The translations under genes were made by a program, and so were the position numbers. A DNA stretch of 64,000 bases from Isurus oxyrinchus (lineage: Eukaryota), in the NCBI GenBank assembly GCA_026770705.1, contig JANJGN010000071.1:992001-1056000 (forward strand), read 5' to 3'. The notes beneath the pieces were generated by a model. It saw nothing but the letters and a program-made list of their open reading frames with translations, searched no databases and had not been told where the DNA came from. Positions 11,720 through 24,270 of this stretch are shown piece after piece. How positions within the stretch are numbered: the first letter of the stretch is position 1; every line of letters starts with the position of its first letter.

Positions 11720-12380
11720 GATCAGCACTCAGTGTCAGGACTGAGAGTCCTGCACAATCGGAGGGTCAGTACTGAGAGAGAGCTGCACTGTTGGAGGGTG
11801 AGTATTGAGGGAGTGCTGCATAGTCAGAGGGTCAGTACTGAGGGAGTGCTGCAAGGTCAGAGGGTCAGTGCTAAGAGAGAACTGCACTGTCAGAGGGTCA
11901 GTACAGAGGGAGTGCTGCACAATCGGAGCGTCAGTACTGAAGGAGTGCTGCACTGTCAGAGGGTCAGTACTGAGGGAGTACTGCACTGTTGGAGGGTCAG
12001 TACTGAGGGACTGTTGCACTGTGAGAGGGTCAGTACAGAGGTAGAGCTGCACTGTCAGAGGGTCAGTACTGAGGGAGTGCTGCACTGTCAGAGGGTCAGT
12101 ACTGAGACAGAGCTGCACTGTCAGATGGTCAGTACTGAGGGAGTGTTGCACTGTGGGAGGGTCAGTACTGAGAGAGTGCTGCACAGTCGGAGGGTCAGTA
12201 CTGAGGGAGTGCTGCACAATCGGAGGGTCAGTACTGAGGGAGTGCTGCACGGTCGGAGGGTCAGTACTGAGGGAGAGCTGCACTTTCGGAGGGTCAGTAC
12301 TGAGGGAGTGCTGCACTGCTGGAGGGTCAGTACCGAGGGAATGCTGCACTGTCGCAGGCTCAGTACCGAGGGAATGTAAA
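11720..12380. repeat. 33-bp SINE-derived minisatellite (gagggtcagtactgagggagtgctgcactgtca)
   Basis: About 20 tandem units that produce spurious repetitive ORFs. Confidence 0.92.
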
Positions 12381-15130
12381 CCGAACCCATTGGTCAACTA
12401 AAATAGTGACAAGGGTTGAATAAACTGGTGATGAGGTGAAAAACAAGGAAGAAAAAGCAAGGAATGAAAGCAAGCGAATTGAAATCTGGCCGTGCCTCGC
12501 ACAGTGATTATAAATATAATTTCCATCCTAATAACCGAAGCAGTCCCCTCGAAGAATGCTGCAGTTTGGAAGAGTTGATCCTTTCGACCCAACGGTGGGC
12601 GATTGGTCTCATTATGGTGAACCTCTCGCATTCTTTTTCCAAGTGAATGACATTGATGGGGAGGAGAAGAGGCGAGCGACCCTCTTATCCACGTGTGGGA
12701 GTAAGACTTAGGGATTGATGCGAACTTTAATGCCACCCGGTGCCATGGATTCAAAAAGTTTAGATGATCTTGTGAACCTTGTGAAGATTCCTTCCCAGCC
12801 CCAGCCCTCGGTAACGATGCAACGGTCCAAATTTAACTCAAGAAATAGAGTCCCAGGGGAGGCAGCTGCATGTTATGTGGAAATTCTGAAACAGTTAACA
12901 GGACATTGTGGGTTTGGTAAATCTATAAATGATATGCTGAGAGATCGACTGGTGTGCAGTATAAATGAAGATGTGATTCAGAAGAGATTACTGTCTGAAA
13001 CAGATTTGGATATTCAGAAGCCGCTGGGAATAGTGCTGGCTATGGAAAGAGCAGTGAGGGACTCGAAAAACATATGGAGAGTGCAAAATGTCACCGTCCT
13101 CATGTTGGGTGAGGAGCCTCAGCCAAGAAGTGCGGGGAAATGTACAGCTCTGATGAGAAACGGGAAACCTCCACCACTAGCAGCAAATAAAAAGGAATGA
13201 CTTAGCAGAGAAAACATGGAATAATGGGAACAGAGGTGAAGCAGACAACCTCGTAGTGAATGGAACTTTAAAAAAATCAATTGTTTTTACTGTCATCGAA
13301 ACAGAGAGCCCATGAGAGATTGCAAGGATAGAATCAGGCAGAGTTTCAATCAAGAGAGAAAACCCTGTGAGATCCATAACATAGAAGAGCCTGAAGTAAC
13401 AGATTCAGATAGTTATTCATTGTATAATTTAAAGGTAGGAAGAACAGAGCCAATCTATGTAACAGTGAGGGTGAATGATAGAGCTCTCAGAATGGGGGTG
13501 GACACAGGAGCTAACACTACGCTAATTGGGGAGCATACTTTCAAATACTGGAATCATGGGGAAAGTCAATTAAATTTGGAAGAAACAGATGACTAATTGA
13601 AAACTTACACGGGAGAAGACATTCAAGCCAAAGACATAAGCAGGGTTATTATACAGTATGGAAGTCAATCAGTAAAATGACCCTTGATGATGGGAGCTGG
13701 TGAGGGACCAAGCCTCCTTGGACGAAACTGGCTGAAAGATATTAAACTGGACTGGTCTGAGATCTTCCAACTGAGAGCCAGTGGGCTACCTGAGCTACTA
13801 CAAAAATACATCTCAGTTTTCCAAGATGAACTTGGGGAGATCCAGGGGCTGCAAGCAAAAATTCATGTGGATCCAGACTCTACCCCTCTGATTTATGAAG
13901 GCACGACCAGTACCTTATGCAATGTGGGAAAAGGCAGATGCTGAATTGGGCAGGTTCTAGAAACTGGGAGTGATACAATCTGTGCTGTCCTCAGAATGGG
14001 CAGCACCAATAGTCCCTGGACCTGAGCCTGGCCAAAGTGTTTGTGGAGATGACAAGAATTGACTGGAACGGCCTACACGGAGCTGATATGAGCCATGCTT
14101 ATCAACAATTGGAGTTCGAGAAGGCCTCCCAGAAGTTTGTCACAATTAATACACACAAAGGGTTGTATCAATAAACCGGTTTGCCTTTCAGAGTCTCCTC
14201 TGCAGGATCACAGAGTCTTAATGGCACAGCAGGAGGCCATTCAGCCCATCATGTCTATCCCAGCTCTCCAAATGAGCATCATGACCTAGTGGCATTGCCC
14301 TGCCTTTCCCCATGCCCCTGCACCTTTTCTCTATCCAAATAATCATCTAATGCCCTCCTGAATGCCTCGATTGAACCTGCCTCCACAACACTTCCAGGCC
14401 GTGCATTCCAGGCCCAAAACTTAGTTGTGTGAAAAAGTTTTTTCTCACGTCACATTTGCAACATCAGTCATGCTAAATGTCAGCGGGAAGGTGGAAAGGA
14501 GGCCAGGAAGACAGGAAACTGGACATGACTGGCATAGTCATGACAGGAAGCTGACCGTAGGAGAGACGGGATATGTGAAGGATTTTAGAGAGGGGCCAAA
14601 GTGGTCACCGGGTGAAATAAATGCAGCGATTGGAACTCTTTCTCACCATGTGAAAGTGGAAGACCGAGTCATATGGAGACATGTGGGTCATATAAGGAGG
14701 AGAGAAACAAAGTACCAAGAAACAATCCCACCAGTCTTCACGGCTGCGTCTATGTCTCCTGTTGAAAGAACTCAGCTGAGAACAGATGTGTCTGAAGGGT
14801 CCGTTGTACCTGCAAGAGTTGAGGAAACAGGTTTGCAGGTGTCCACCGAAGAAGCTGGTGTTGGGACAACATCAGAAAAGGAGACTCCTGACAAAGTATC
14901 TGAAGCTGTGGATCTGAGACGTTCCAGACGCATAAGGAAACCCCCCAGAAAGACTGAATTTGTAAATTACTGATCTGTGTAAATCATTTGATACTTTGAG
15001 AAAATGGTAAAAGTAAGTGTAAAATGTATTTCTGAGTAAAGGGGGAGGGTGGTGGTAATCTGATGTGTGATGTACCTTTAAGAAGAAGGTTACAATGGAA
15101 GATAACATGAGCTCAGTGTTGTGGTGTGTT
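12380..15130 (+). mobile_element. Degenerate Gypsy LTR retrotransposon (gag, protease, RT start, integrase tail, PPT)
   Basis: CGFG...MLRDRLVCSINEDVIQKRLL gag; VDTGA protease and PSLLGRNWL; LRRSRRIRKPP integrase tail; purine tract at ~15040. Confidence 0.85.
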
Positions 15131-15889
15131 CTCAGAATCAACCTCAGGCCTGGCTAAAAACAGAACTCTACCCATTACAGGGAAACCATCTTTTTTGTTC
15201 ACAGAGTTAGTCACGTACACATTGGGTTATTTAAATTCAAATCTTGTCAGTACATAATCACATAATAAGCAGATGTTCCCAGTCCCAGGTACATATCTGC
15301 TCCTTACCCAAGCAAGAGCTGTTTATCTCGTTCTAGCCTGGTGCTGTTTGCCTTTACCTTATCTGTTTACCCTCAGCATCTCTTTATGTCTCTTCTCGAG
15401 TTAATCCCTCGTGATCTTCAAGGCCTTTCTGGAGAGTTCTGCTGATGTCAGCCCCATGGTGCACAAGATTCACCTGGAGAATTCTGCTGACCTTTGGTTT
15501 TCACTAATAGAAGTCCCTGTTTAACTCTTATATCAGTGTCCAACAGCCGAGTGGCGCAGGTACCTCAGTAGTCGGTCACCTTTGGTTAGAGCCTGTAATG
15601 CAGAGACAGGGCTTGAGTTGAAAGCACACAAGTGTAGCTGCTGAGTTCCTTTGTAAATAAGCAGAATGTGTTTCATCTAAGAACTGTCTGCTGATCTACT
15701 CTGTCTATTGTACCTACTCAGCCTCTCCAAAACAAGCCTGGATCCATAAGTCCCAACAAACTCGTGAGCAGCATCCAACAGTATCAATAATTAATGTATC
15801 TACTGTGGGTGCAATTTTTGATTTGGATCAATAATACTAAACACTGATCACTCTGATTGTCACTCTGATCATTTCTGTTTCTATTACAG

Positions 15890-16006
15890 AAGAAAGATGA
15901 GAAGGATCTGGAAATGAAATCTAACCGCGGAGTCAATCCTGATACAGATGATGATCTTTACGCAAACTGTGAATTTGCCAAGGATTCTGTTTATGGGAAT
16001 TTATAA
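15890..16006 (+). CDS. Orphan terminal cytoplasmic exon with tyrosine motifs: KKDEKDLEMKSNRGVNPDTDDDLYANCEFAKDSVYGNL*
   Basis: Acceptor tttctattacag|, open in phase 0 to TAA. Contains DLYANC and SVYGNL (fits ITIM consensus S-x-Y-x-x-L). No upstream + strand TM exon found in the window. Confidence 0.6.
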   Translation, partial: KKDEKDLEMKSNRGVNPDTDDDLYANCEFAKDSVYGNL

Positions 16007-17069
16007 ACTGAGCAAGAATGAGACACACACAGTGTGGGGAGAATACAGAACGGGAGAATCATTCAAAACTCCAATTTACCTTCCTAATATCCACAGGAAC
16101 TCACTCCCAGGAAATAGATTTAAACCTCTTGTTACAATCTGATGGAATTTCTTCGGAATGATCTATCCAGGATGATTGTCTGTGGGTTTCAATTTGAACA
16201 TCCTCCTTCAGAATTGTCCCTCACTGTTGGAAACATCCTTCTCTCCATTCTGATTGTAAATGTCTTTAGATATCGTTCGATGATGTACCAGGACAGAACG
16301 GACAAATTCAATCCCGTGTCCGTGATTAAGAGTTAATTTTCATTCTGTTATTCACCTTCCTGTCTGTCAGTGTTTACAGAATATTCATCAGCCAGTGTAG
16401 ACTTCAGGAAATGCAGGATCGGTGGATAATTGGAACAGAGGAGATTGATAAAATTTACACCATTTTGTAGTCAAATGTATTTTCAGAAATATATTTGGAT
16501 TTTACACTTCATCGTTAAACAGCGAAACGAACAACAATCTGGGAAACAGGGAAACAATTTGATTGGAGATTTGAGAAATTCTCTGCAGCTTAGAGGATAA
16601 CATGTGCTACAGTGCCACCAATGATGGGAGTTCATCAGTACAACGTGACATGTTTACATTGATATAGCCAATGAACATTGGAAATTATGATGTGAAAAAT
16701 TGGTTGCAGGTTTATCTTCTTCAATATGTCATGGATGGATGAGACAGCTTTGATAACAGAATGAGATATAGCTGCAATAAACCACAATTTTAGTCCTTCA
16801 CACTTGGAGAGTACAATTAGCATCCATTCTGAAGGCTGAGTGGATGGGTGGACTGTGTGATGTGTTACAGATCACAGAGACCAACATCCTTGATCCTGGT
16901 TCCGCTCTGTGTTTGATGAGATGCTTGGATCAAAGATTGGGAAAATAAATAATCCTCCTGCATTGATCTATAACTGGTCTCTCCCTCTATCAGTGTCCTG
17001 AGGACAGAATTGGGTTCGATGTCCAAAATCAGACACATGCTTTGACTGCCCATTGAATAGGAACAGGAG

Positions 17070-18990
17070 GAGGTCATTCAGCCCCTTCGAGCCTGCTACA
17101 CAGGAACAAGAGAGCACCTGAAATAAAAACAGAAAATGCTGGAGACTGAGTAGTTCTGGCAGCATCTGTGCAGAGATAAACAGAATAATCATTTCGAGTC
17201 CGTATGACCCTTTTTCAGATTCTCAAAGCAAAAACTCTGTTTCTCTCTCCACAGCTGCTGCCAGACCTGCTGAGTTAATGCAGCATTTTCTGTTTTTATT
17301 TCAGATTTACAGCATCTGCAGTATTTATTTTTAATGAGAGGAGGACATTCAGCACCTGATTCTGTTACACAGGAACAGGAGGAGGCCCATTCAGCCCCCT
17401 CGGGCCTGTTACACAGGAACAGCAGGAGGCCCATTCAGCACCTGAGCCTGTTACACAGGAACAGGAGAAGGCCCATCAGCCTCATGAGCCTATTACACAG
17501 GAACAGGAAGAGGCCATTCAGTCTCTCAACACCCTTCAACAGGAACAGGAGAGACTCTCAGCCCCTCGAGCCTGTTACACAGGAAAAGGAGGAGTCCTAT
17601 TCAGCCCCATAGAGCCTGTAACACAGGAACAAGAGGAGGCCATTCAGTCACATTAGCCTGTTATCCAGGAACAGGAAGAGCACATTCAGTCTCTCAACCC
17701 TCTTACACAGGAATAGGAGGCCCATTCTGTCCCCTGGAGCCTGTTACACAGGAAGAGGAGGAGGCCCATTCTGTCCCCTTGAGCCTGTTACACAGGAACA
17801 GGAGACCCATTCAGCCTCCACAAGCTTGTTACACAGGAACATTAGGGGCTCCATTCAGCCACTCAAGCCTGTTCCACATGAACGGGAACAAAAACAAAAA
17901 TAGCTGGAAAAACTCAGCAGGTCTGACAGGATCTGCGGAGAGGAACACACTTGACGTTTTGGGTCTGTAAGACTCTTCATCAGAACTAAGGGAATCAAGA
18001 AATGAGGTGACGTTTTAGCTGGTAGAGGGGGTGGGGCAGGTAGAGCTGGATTGTGGGCCAGTGATAGGTGGAGGTAAAGAAGAGGTTGCCAAAGATGTGA
18101 TAGACAAAAGGACAAAGGGGTGTTGACAGTGGTGATATTATCTGAGGAATGTGCTAATGGGGACATTAAGGGTAGAAAGCAGGACGAGCAAGAGACAGAT
18201 AGTCCTAGTGGGGGTGGGGTGGGGGGAAAGGATTGAAATAGACTAAAAGGTAGAGATACAACAACAGATGTAAAACATTTAAAAATAATGGAAATAGGTG
18301 GGAAAAGAAAAATATATAAATAAAATAAATATTAAAAGTTATCAATTATTGGAAAAAGGGAGATTGGAAAGGGGGTGGGGATGGAGGAGAGAGTTCATGA
18401 TCTGAAATTGTTGAACTCAATATTCAGTCGGGAAGGCTGTAAAGTGCCAGGTCGGAAGATGAGGTGCTGTTCCTCCAGTTTGTGTTGGGCTTCACTGGAA
18501 CAATGCAGCAGGCCAAGGACGGACATGTGGGCATGAGAGCAGGGTGGGGTGTTAAAATGGCAAGCGACAGGGAGGTCTGGGTCATGCTTGCGGACAGACC
18601 GAAGGTGTTCATCAGAGCGATCACCCAGTCTGTGTTTGGTCTGTCCCATGTAGAGGAGACCACATTGGGAGCAGTGAATGCAGTAGATTAAATTGAGGAA
18701 AGTGCAAGTGAAATGCTGCTTCCAATGATGCTCCTAATGTACTCGAGCCTGGTACACAGGAACTGGGGAAGGCCAATTCAGCCCCTTTAGCATTTTACAC
18801 AGGAACAGGAGGAGGCCCATTCAGTCACTCAAGCCTGTTACACAGGAACAGGAGGAGGCCTATTCAGACACTCAAGCCTGTTACACAGGAACACAAGGAG
18901 ATCCATTCAGCCTCTTGAGCCTGTTACACAGGAACAGGAGGAGGCCCGTTCAGCCCCTCGAGCTTGTTGCATGTGAATAGTCGATGGCCC
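17070..18990. repeat. ~43-bp tandem repeat (acacaggaacaggaggaggcccattcagcccctcgagcctgtt), CR1-tail-like, interrupted by a Penelope element
   Basis: Tandem units at 17340-17880 and 18750-18990. Confidence 0.8.
17885..18722 (-). mobile_element. Penelope-like element 3' part (GIY-YIG endonuclease remnant)
   Basis: GQTKHRLGDR...EHLRSV...PVACHFN...LEEQHLIF..GTLQP..LNIEF. Second copy at 51835-52920. Confidence 0.85.
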
Positions 18991-19069
18991 TTCAACCACA
19001 TTCTTGGCACGCACAGGGTTAGCAGTTTTCTAACAGTGCGAGGCAAAGAGCTGCTTTCTCACTTGGTAC

Positions 19070-19939
19070 CAAGCACTTCCTCATTTTGACTCACAGTGAC
19101 ACATCCACCCTTTTTAATTAGACACAAATAGGGAGCAGCACAGGAAGAGGTCATTCAGCCCAAGCAGAGCGTGTGGGCAGTTCCTCTCCAGGCGAGCAGT
19201 CGGACAGGTCCTGGGTAAGTAACGGAATGATTGGAATCCACGGGGGGAGTTCTGAGGGCTCCTAATCCATTGTCCTGTCTTGTAAATCAGCACCTTAATA
19301 CTGACCCTTCAACAGTGCAGCACTCCCTCAGTACTGATCCTCCAACAGTGCAGCACTCCCTGATAAATATCCATCTGACAGTGCAGCACTCCCTCAGTAC
19401 TGACCCTCCAACAGTGCAGCACTCCCTGATAAATGTCCCTCTGACAGTGCAGCACTCCCTCAGTACTGACCCTCAAACAGTGGAGATCTCCCTCAGTACT
19501 GACCTTACAATAGTGCAACACTCGCTCAGTAATGACCATCCGACAGTGCAGCACTTGCTCAGTACTGACACTGGGGAGTTTCAGTCTACTCTGTGGGGCA
19601 GACGTCCCCTGAATGGGGTCTTGAACCCCACAACATTCTGACCCCCTGAATTTGGCTGTGAAACCCACTGACCCACAGGAGAAATTCCTGGTCAATGACT
19701 GTCCACCTGTGAGCAGAAATATCACCACAGGGTCAGGACACAAAGGGTTAACAGTTCACCAACATCTCAAAACATGAGCTGCTCTGTCACTTTGATCCAA
19801 CTTCCTCATTTTGACTCACAGAGACACATCCACCCGTTCTAATTGAACACACAGAGGGAGCAGCACAGGAAGAGGTCATTCAGCCCAAGCAGAATGTGTG
19901 GGCAGTTCCTCCCCAGGCGAGCAGTCGGACAGGTCCTGG
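19070..19939 (+). promoter_or_regulatory. Two tandem copies of the Siglec promoter/non-coding exon (donors after 19214 and 19939) separated by a 33-bp minisatellite (19290-19570)
   Basis: Direct sequence match to the other units. Both copies end cctgg|GTAAGT and carry acttcctcatttt. Confidence 0.6.
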
Positions 19940-20363
19940 GTAAGTAACGGAACGATTGGAATTCACTTCCACCACCAACACCGTCCTTTGTTGATGTTGT
20001 AACTTTATAAAGACAGATTCCAATGATTGATGCCTTTGAAAGATTTCTACTGATTATTGAGATCTGGGTGTGAGGCTCAAGTTGTACAGAATATCTTTCT
20101 AGCTCAAGGGTTGAGGGAAGTGCAGAGACATGAGCTTTGGGGCATCCTGAGGTGGTGAAAGGTGCTATAGAAATGCAAATCCTTCATTGTTTGTCTTTCT
20201 TAAAGCCTTGTAACTCTCTGCAGAGCACCTATCATCCCACAGAGAATCAAATTATTCTGTGAAGACATTGTCTAAAAGCAGTTCTGATCTCTCGAGAGCA
20301 TTCGGACAAGAGGTGAGGTCTCATTAACTCCTTTCTCTTTCACAGCTTGAGAGTGAGAAGTGG

Positions 20364-20424
20364 ATGGAATATCTGAGAGTGGACAATGATCGGGAAATCT
20401 ACTTCCTCTTGTCACTTTCCCAAG
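20364..20424 (+). pseudogene. Unit B leader exon with 1-nt deletion; no Ig exons follow
   Basis: gggaaatct-acttc lacks one T relative to paralogs, so the normal ATG is frameshifted and the upstream ATG reads MEYLRVDNDREIYFLLSLSQ. Intron homology stops at ~20980, before the V exon. Confidence 0.65.
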
Positions 20425-21991
20425 GTAATATCATCATCAGCTCAGACAGATTTATGTTTAACAGTCTTTGTAAAAGAACATTCTTATCTCTTTTTCTCTG
20501 TAACCTCCTGCAACTCACCCAATCAACTTCCCAGATCTCTGTGTTACTCCAATTCCGGCCTCTTGACCATCCCCCGATTCCCATCACTCCAATACTGGCG
20601 GCCGGGCCTTCAGCTGCCTGGGGCCTGAGCTCTGGAATTCACTCCCTAAACCTCGGGGATGGAGGAGATCAGAGGGTTTCATTTTACTGAGAATCACCAC
20701 GACCACATCACAGCTGCAGTGAGAATAGACAGAGAGTCCAGCCCTCACACTTCCTGCACAGTTTCACCATAGCAACCACAATATGGAAATTTAAAAATAC
20801 TGAAAGTTAAACTGAAGCTCAAACCAGTCAGTGTAGAGAGATGAGATGTTTACACAGTTTCCCTGTGTATCTTGTAGACACTGTGTTGGGTGGAAGACTG
20901 GCTTCACTAAACAGGGTCCTGAGGACCATGAGCCAATGTAGAATGACCTTGTCCACTCCTGTGTCCAGGATTCTCTTCATCAGATTTAAATCATTTCTCA
21001 AACGGTAATTTTGATGAGTCATTTTATTGAAAACTTCCTCAGCGCCTCCCTGAAGGGTTTACACTCTCCGGGAAGCAGGAATAGGCTGGATGTTGGGGAG
21101 TTCATCTTTTCCCAGAGAGTAGGGATCCTCGGGAATGTGCTGTCAGTGGGTGTGGTGGTTGCTGATTCTCTGTCACCTTCAAGAGGGATCTGGAGTGGTT
21201 ACTCACTGGGGGAGAGATCATGGAAGCGGAGGATGATACAGCACAGGAGGAGGCCATTCAGCCCATTGTGCCTGTGCCAGGTCTTTCGATAATCTATCCA
21301 ATCAGATCCACTAACCACCACTCCACTTTGCCCCCATCTTCCTCCTTCAAGTGTTTATACAATTCCACTTTTGAAAGTTCCTATTGAATCTGCTTCCACC
21401 GCCCTTTCAGGCAGCACCTTCCAGATCACAACAACTCGCTCTGTCAAAACAAATTCTCCTCATCTCCCCCTCCAGTTCGTCAATCTGTGTCCCTCTGGTT
21501 ACCGACCCTCCTGCCTCTTAAATACATCAATACTGTTCACCTCAACCACTCCCTGTGGGAGCGAGTTCCACATTCTCCCCTCTCTCTGGGTAAAGATTGG
21601 AACTGTTTATTAAGCGGGGGGTGTAAGTCCGTGGGGGAGTCCATCTCGATCCTGCCCGATTCGCACACGCGTCCGAGATGGATTTCCACCCTGCACTAAA
21701 TGTTTCCAGAATTTTCTACAGCACAATCCTGTACACAGCGATGGAGAGAAACATTGGACAGGGAGTCCAACAGCACAATGATCCATTCTCACCAATGTTC
21801 CACGCTAAGGGGAAAGTTCCGATTGTACACTCTTAGAGTGTTTACAATGAAAACATTCATTCCACATTGAATCCCAGTGGATGGGTCAATATTACAGCAA
21901 ATGTTGCAGTGATATGAAGCTTGATTGTTCAACCAGAGTGAGAGATTGAAAGCGGAGAGTCAGTGATGATTTCTTTCTGTGTGTTCTCTAG

Positions 21992-22131
21992 ACAGTGGAG
22001 GAGAGATTCTGCACGTGATCCTGATCCTGGGAATACGAGCTGTGATATTCCTTGTGGCTGTGGTTATCACTATCGCTGGAGTCTGTGTCTGGGAGAGACA
22101 AACAGTGAAAGGAAGTCGACAGCCTGTTTGA
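21992..22131 (+). CDS. Unit B Arg-containing transmembrane/short-tail exon (activating type)
   Basis: Acceptor gttctctag|, phase 1. SGGEILHVILILGIRAVIFLVAVVITIAGVCVWERQTVKGSRQPV*. Confidence 0.65.
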
Positions 22132-22259
22132 AGCTTTGTACAGCAACAATCTGGTCAGTCAGTGCGGACAAATAACGTGTGATGTTGGGTTAAGTTGTAA
22201 TGAAACTGGTCAGTGTCCTGGTTAGAATCACCTTTGTATCAGAGAGGCATTCCAACACA

Positions 22260-22840
22260 GTGGGAGACCATTCAGCCCATTGAGCCCATGCTGTCTCTCT
22301 GTAGAGCAATCCACTCAGTCCCATTCCCCCGCTCGATCCCCGTATCCCTGCAAGTTTATTTCCCCTCAAGTGTCCAACCAATTTCCTTTTGAAATCGTTC
22401 GTCTCCACTTCCACCATCCTCGTAGGCAGCGAGTTCCAGCTCATTACCACTCGCTGTGTAAAAAAGTTCCTCCTCACATCCCCCTCTGCCCAAAACCTTC
22501 AATCTGTGTCCCCCAGTCCTTGTACCATCAGCTAATGGCAACAGCTTCTCTTTGTCTGCCTTATCTAAACCCATCATCATCTTGTACACCTCGATCAGAT
22601 CCCCCCTCAATCTCCTTTGCTCCAAGGAGAACAACCCCAGCTTCTCCAACCCAACCTTGTAGCTAAAATCCCTCATCCCTGGACCCATTCTGCTCAATCT
22701 CCTCCCCACCCTCTCAAGGACCCTCACTTCCTTCCCAAAGTGAGGAGACCAGAACTGGACACAATACTCTAGTTGTGACCTAACCAGAGCTTTATAAATG
22801 TTCAGCATAACCTCCCTGTGTTTGTACTCAATCCCTCGAT
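22260..22840 (-). mobile_element. CR1 LINE 3' fragment, co-duplicated at 31180-31780 and 40000-40600
   Basis: RGIEYK...YKALVRSQLEYCVQFWSP...LGLFSLEQRRLRGDLIEVYK. Confidence 0.9.
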
Positions 22841-23554
22841 TTATGAAAAGCTTATTCTTTCCATCAGCACAAACAGCAATTTCCAAGCGGACTCCCATCA
22901 GCAGACAGAGTGCAATGAAACATCGGCATGCCTGCTTCTTAATGTACGGAGAGAAACCTGGAACGAGAGATTCTCCTTCTTCTCCTCAGCAAGCTGAAAC
23001 TTTTCCTTATACCTGGTGCTCCCCAGTCCTGCTGTGTGGACACATCATAACCACGGCATTGTCTGGCTGTGTGCAGCCAACATGGTCGAATAGGAATGAA
23101 CAGAAATGTGACGTTGCTAAACTCTGTTCTCTGATTGGAATGTGCTTTCTGAATGCTGCACCTTTTTCATGCTGCGATAGATTGTAAGAAGCATTTGGGT
23201 TATGAATAAAATTACATTGATTAACACAAGTGATTAAAATGCTCAGCCTGTTCTGTAGATACTTATGGATTAAAATTCTTATTTTGCTGCCAGATTCTTG
23301 GCTCAAAGACATTACTTCATGTTGTCACTTTTTCCAGTCAGATGAATTCCTGTGCCCATCTTTATAATGGAAATTTTCAATGTAAACACGTCACATTGCA
23401 GCTGCACACAATTGCCAGTGGGTGGTGTGATATCAAAGCTGTCTTGCTGCTCAGAAAGAGAGAGAAATATTCCTGATAAATGCATGAACTTCATGTGTGC
23501 ATCAGACACTGACATCAGATGCAATTTTGTGCAATTTGTGCAATGTATTTTAGA

Positions 23555-24270
23555 CAGTGCAGCACTCCCTCAGTTTAGACCCTCCAACAGTGCAGCACTC
23601 CCTCAGTTTAGACCCTCCAGCAGTGCAGCACTCCCTCAGTTTAGACCCTCCAACAGTGCAGCACTCCCTCAGTTTAGACCCTCCAGCAGTGCAGCACTCC
23701 CTCAGTTCAGACCCTCTAGCAGTGCAGCACTCCCTCAGTTTAGACCCTCCAGCAGTGCAGCACTCCCTCAGTTCAGACCCTCCAACAGTGCAGCACTCCC
23801 TCAGTTTAGACCCTCCAGCAGTGCAGCACTCCCTCAGTTCAGACCCTCCGACAGTGCAGCACTCCGTCAGTTTAGACCCTCCTACAGTGCAGCAATCCCT
23901 CAGTTTATACCTTCCAACAGTGCAGCACTCCCTCAGTTCAGACCCTCCAATGGTGCAGCACTCTCTCAGTTTAGACCCTCCAACAGTGCAGCACTACCTC
24001 AGTTCTGACCGGCCGACAGTGCAGCACTCACTCAGTTTAGACCCACCAACAGTGCAGCACTCCCTCAGTTCTGACCCGCCAACAGTGCAGAACTCCCTCA
24101 GAGCTGTCCCTCAAACAGGGCAGCACTCCCTCGCTGCTTATCCTCCATCAGTGCAGCACACCTCAATACTGACGCGCCAACAGTGCAGCACTGCCTCAAT
24201 ACTGACCCTCTGACAGGGTAGTACTCCAACAATACTGACCCTCTGACAGTGCAGAACATGCTGAGTATTT
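23555..24270. repeat. 33-bp minisatellite
   Basis: cagtgcagcactccctcagtttagaccctccaa tandem units. Confidence 0.92.

Noticed and set aside
11720-12380. CRISPR-like regular repeats
   Set aside because: Head-to-tail tandem units without unique spacers, no cas genes, and a vertebrate context.
21963-22175. Cys-containing ORF RQWRRDS...SCDIPCGCG as a candidate hepcidin third exon
   Set aside because: It lacks the 8-Cys pattern and is the alternative frame of the hydrophobic TM exon, whose phase fits the Ig exons.
22798-23187. 129-aa ORF preserved in three copies
   Set aside because: It starts inside an antisense CR1, and the copies are too young for ORF preservation to imply function.
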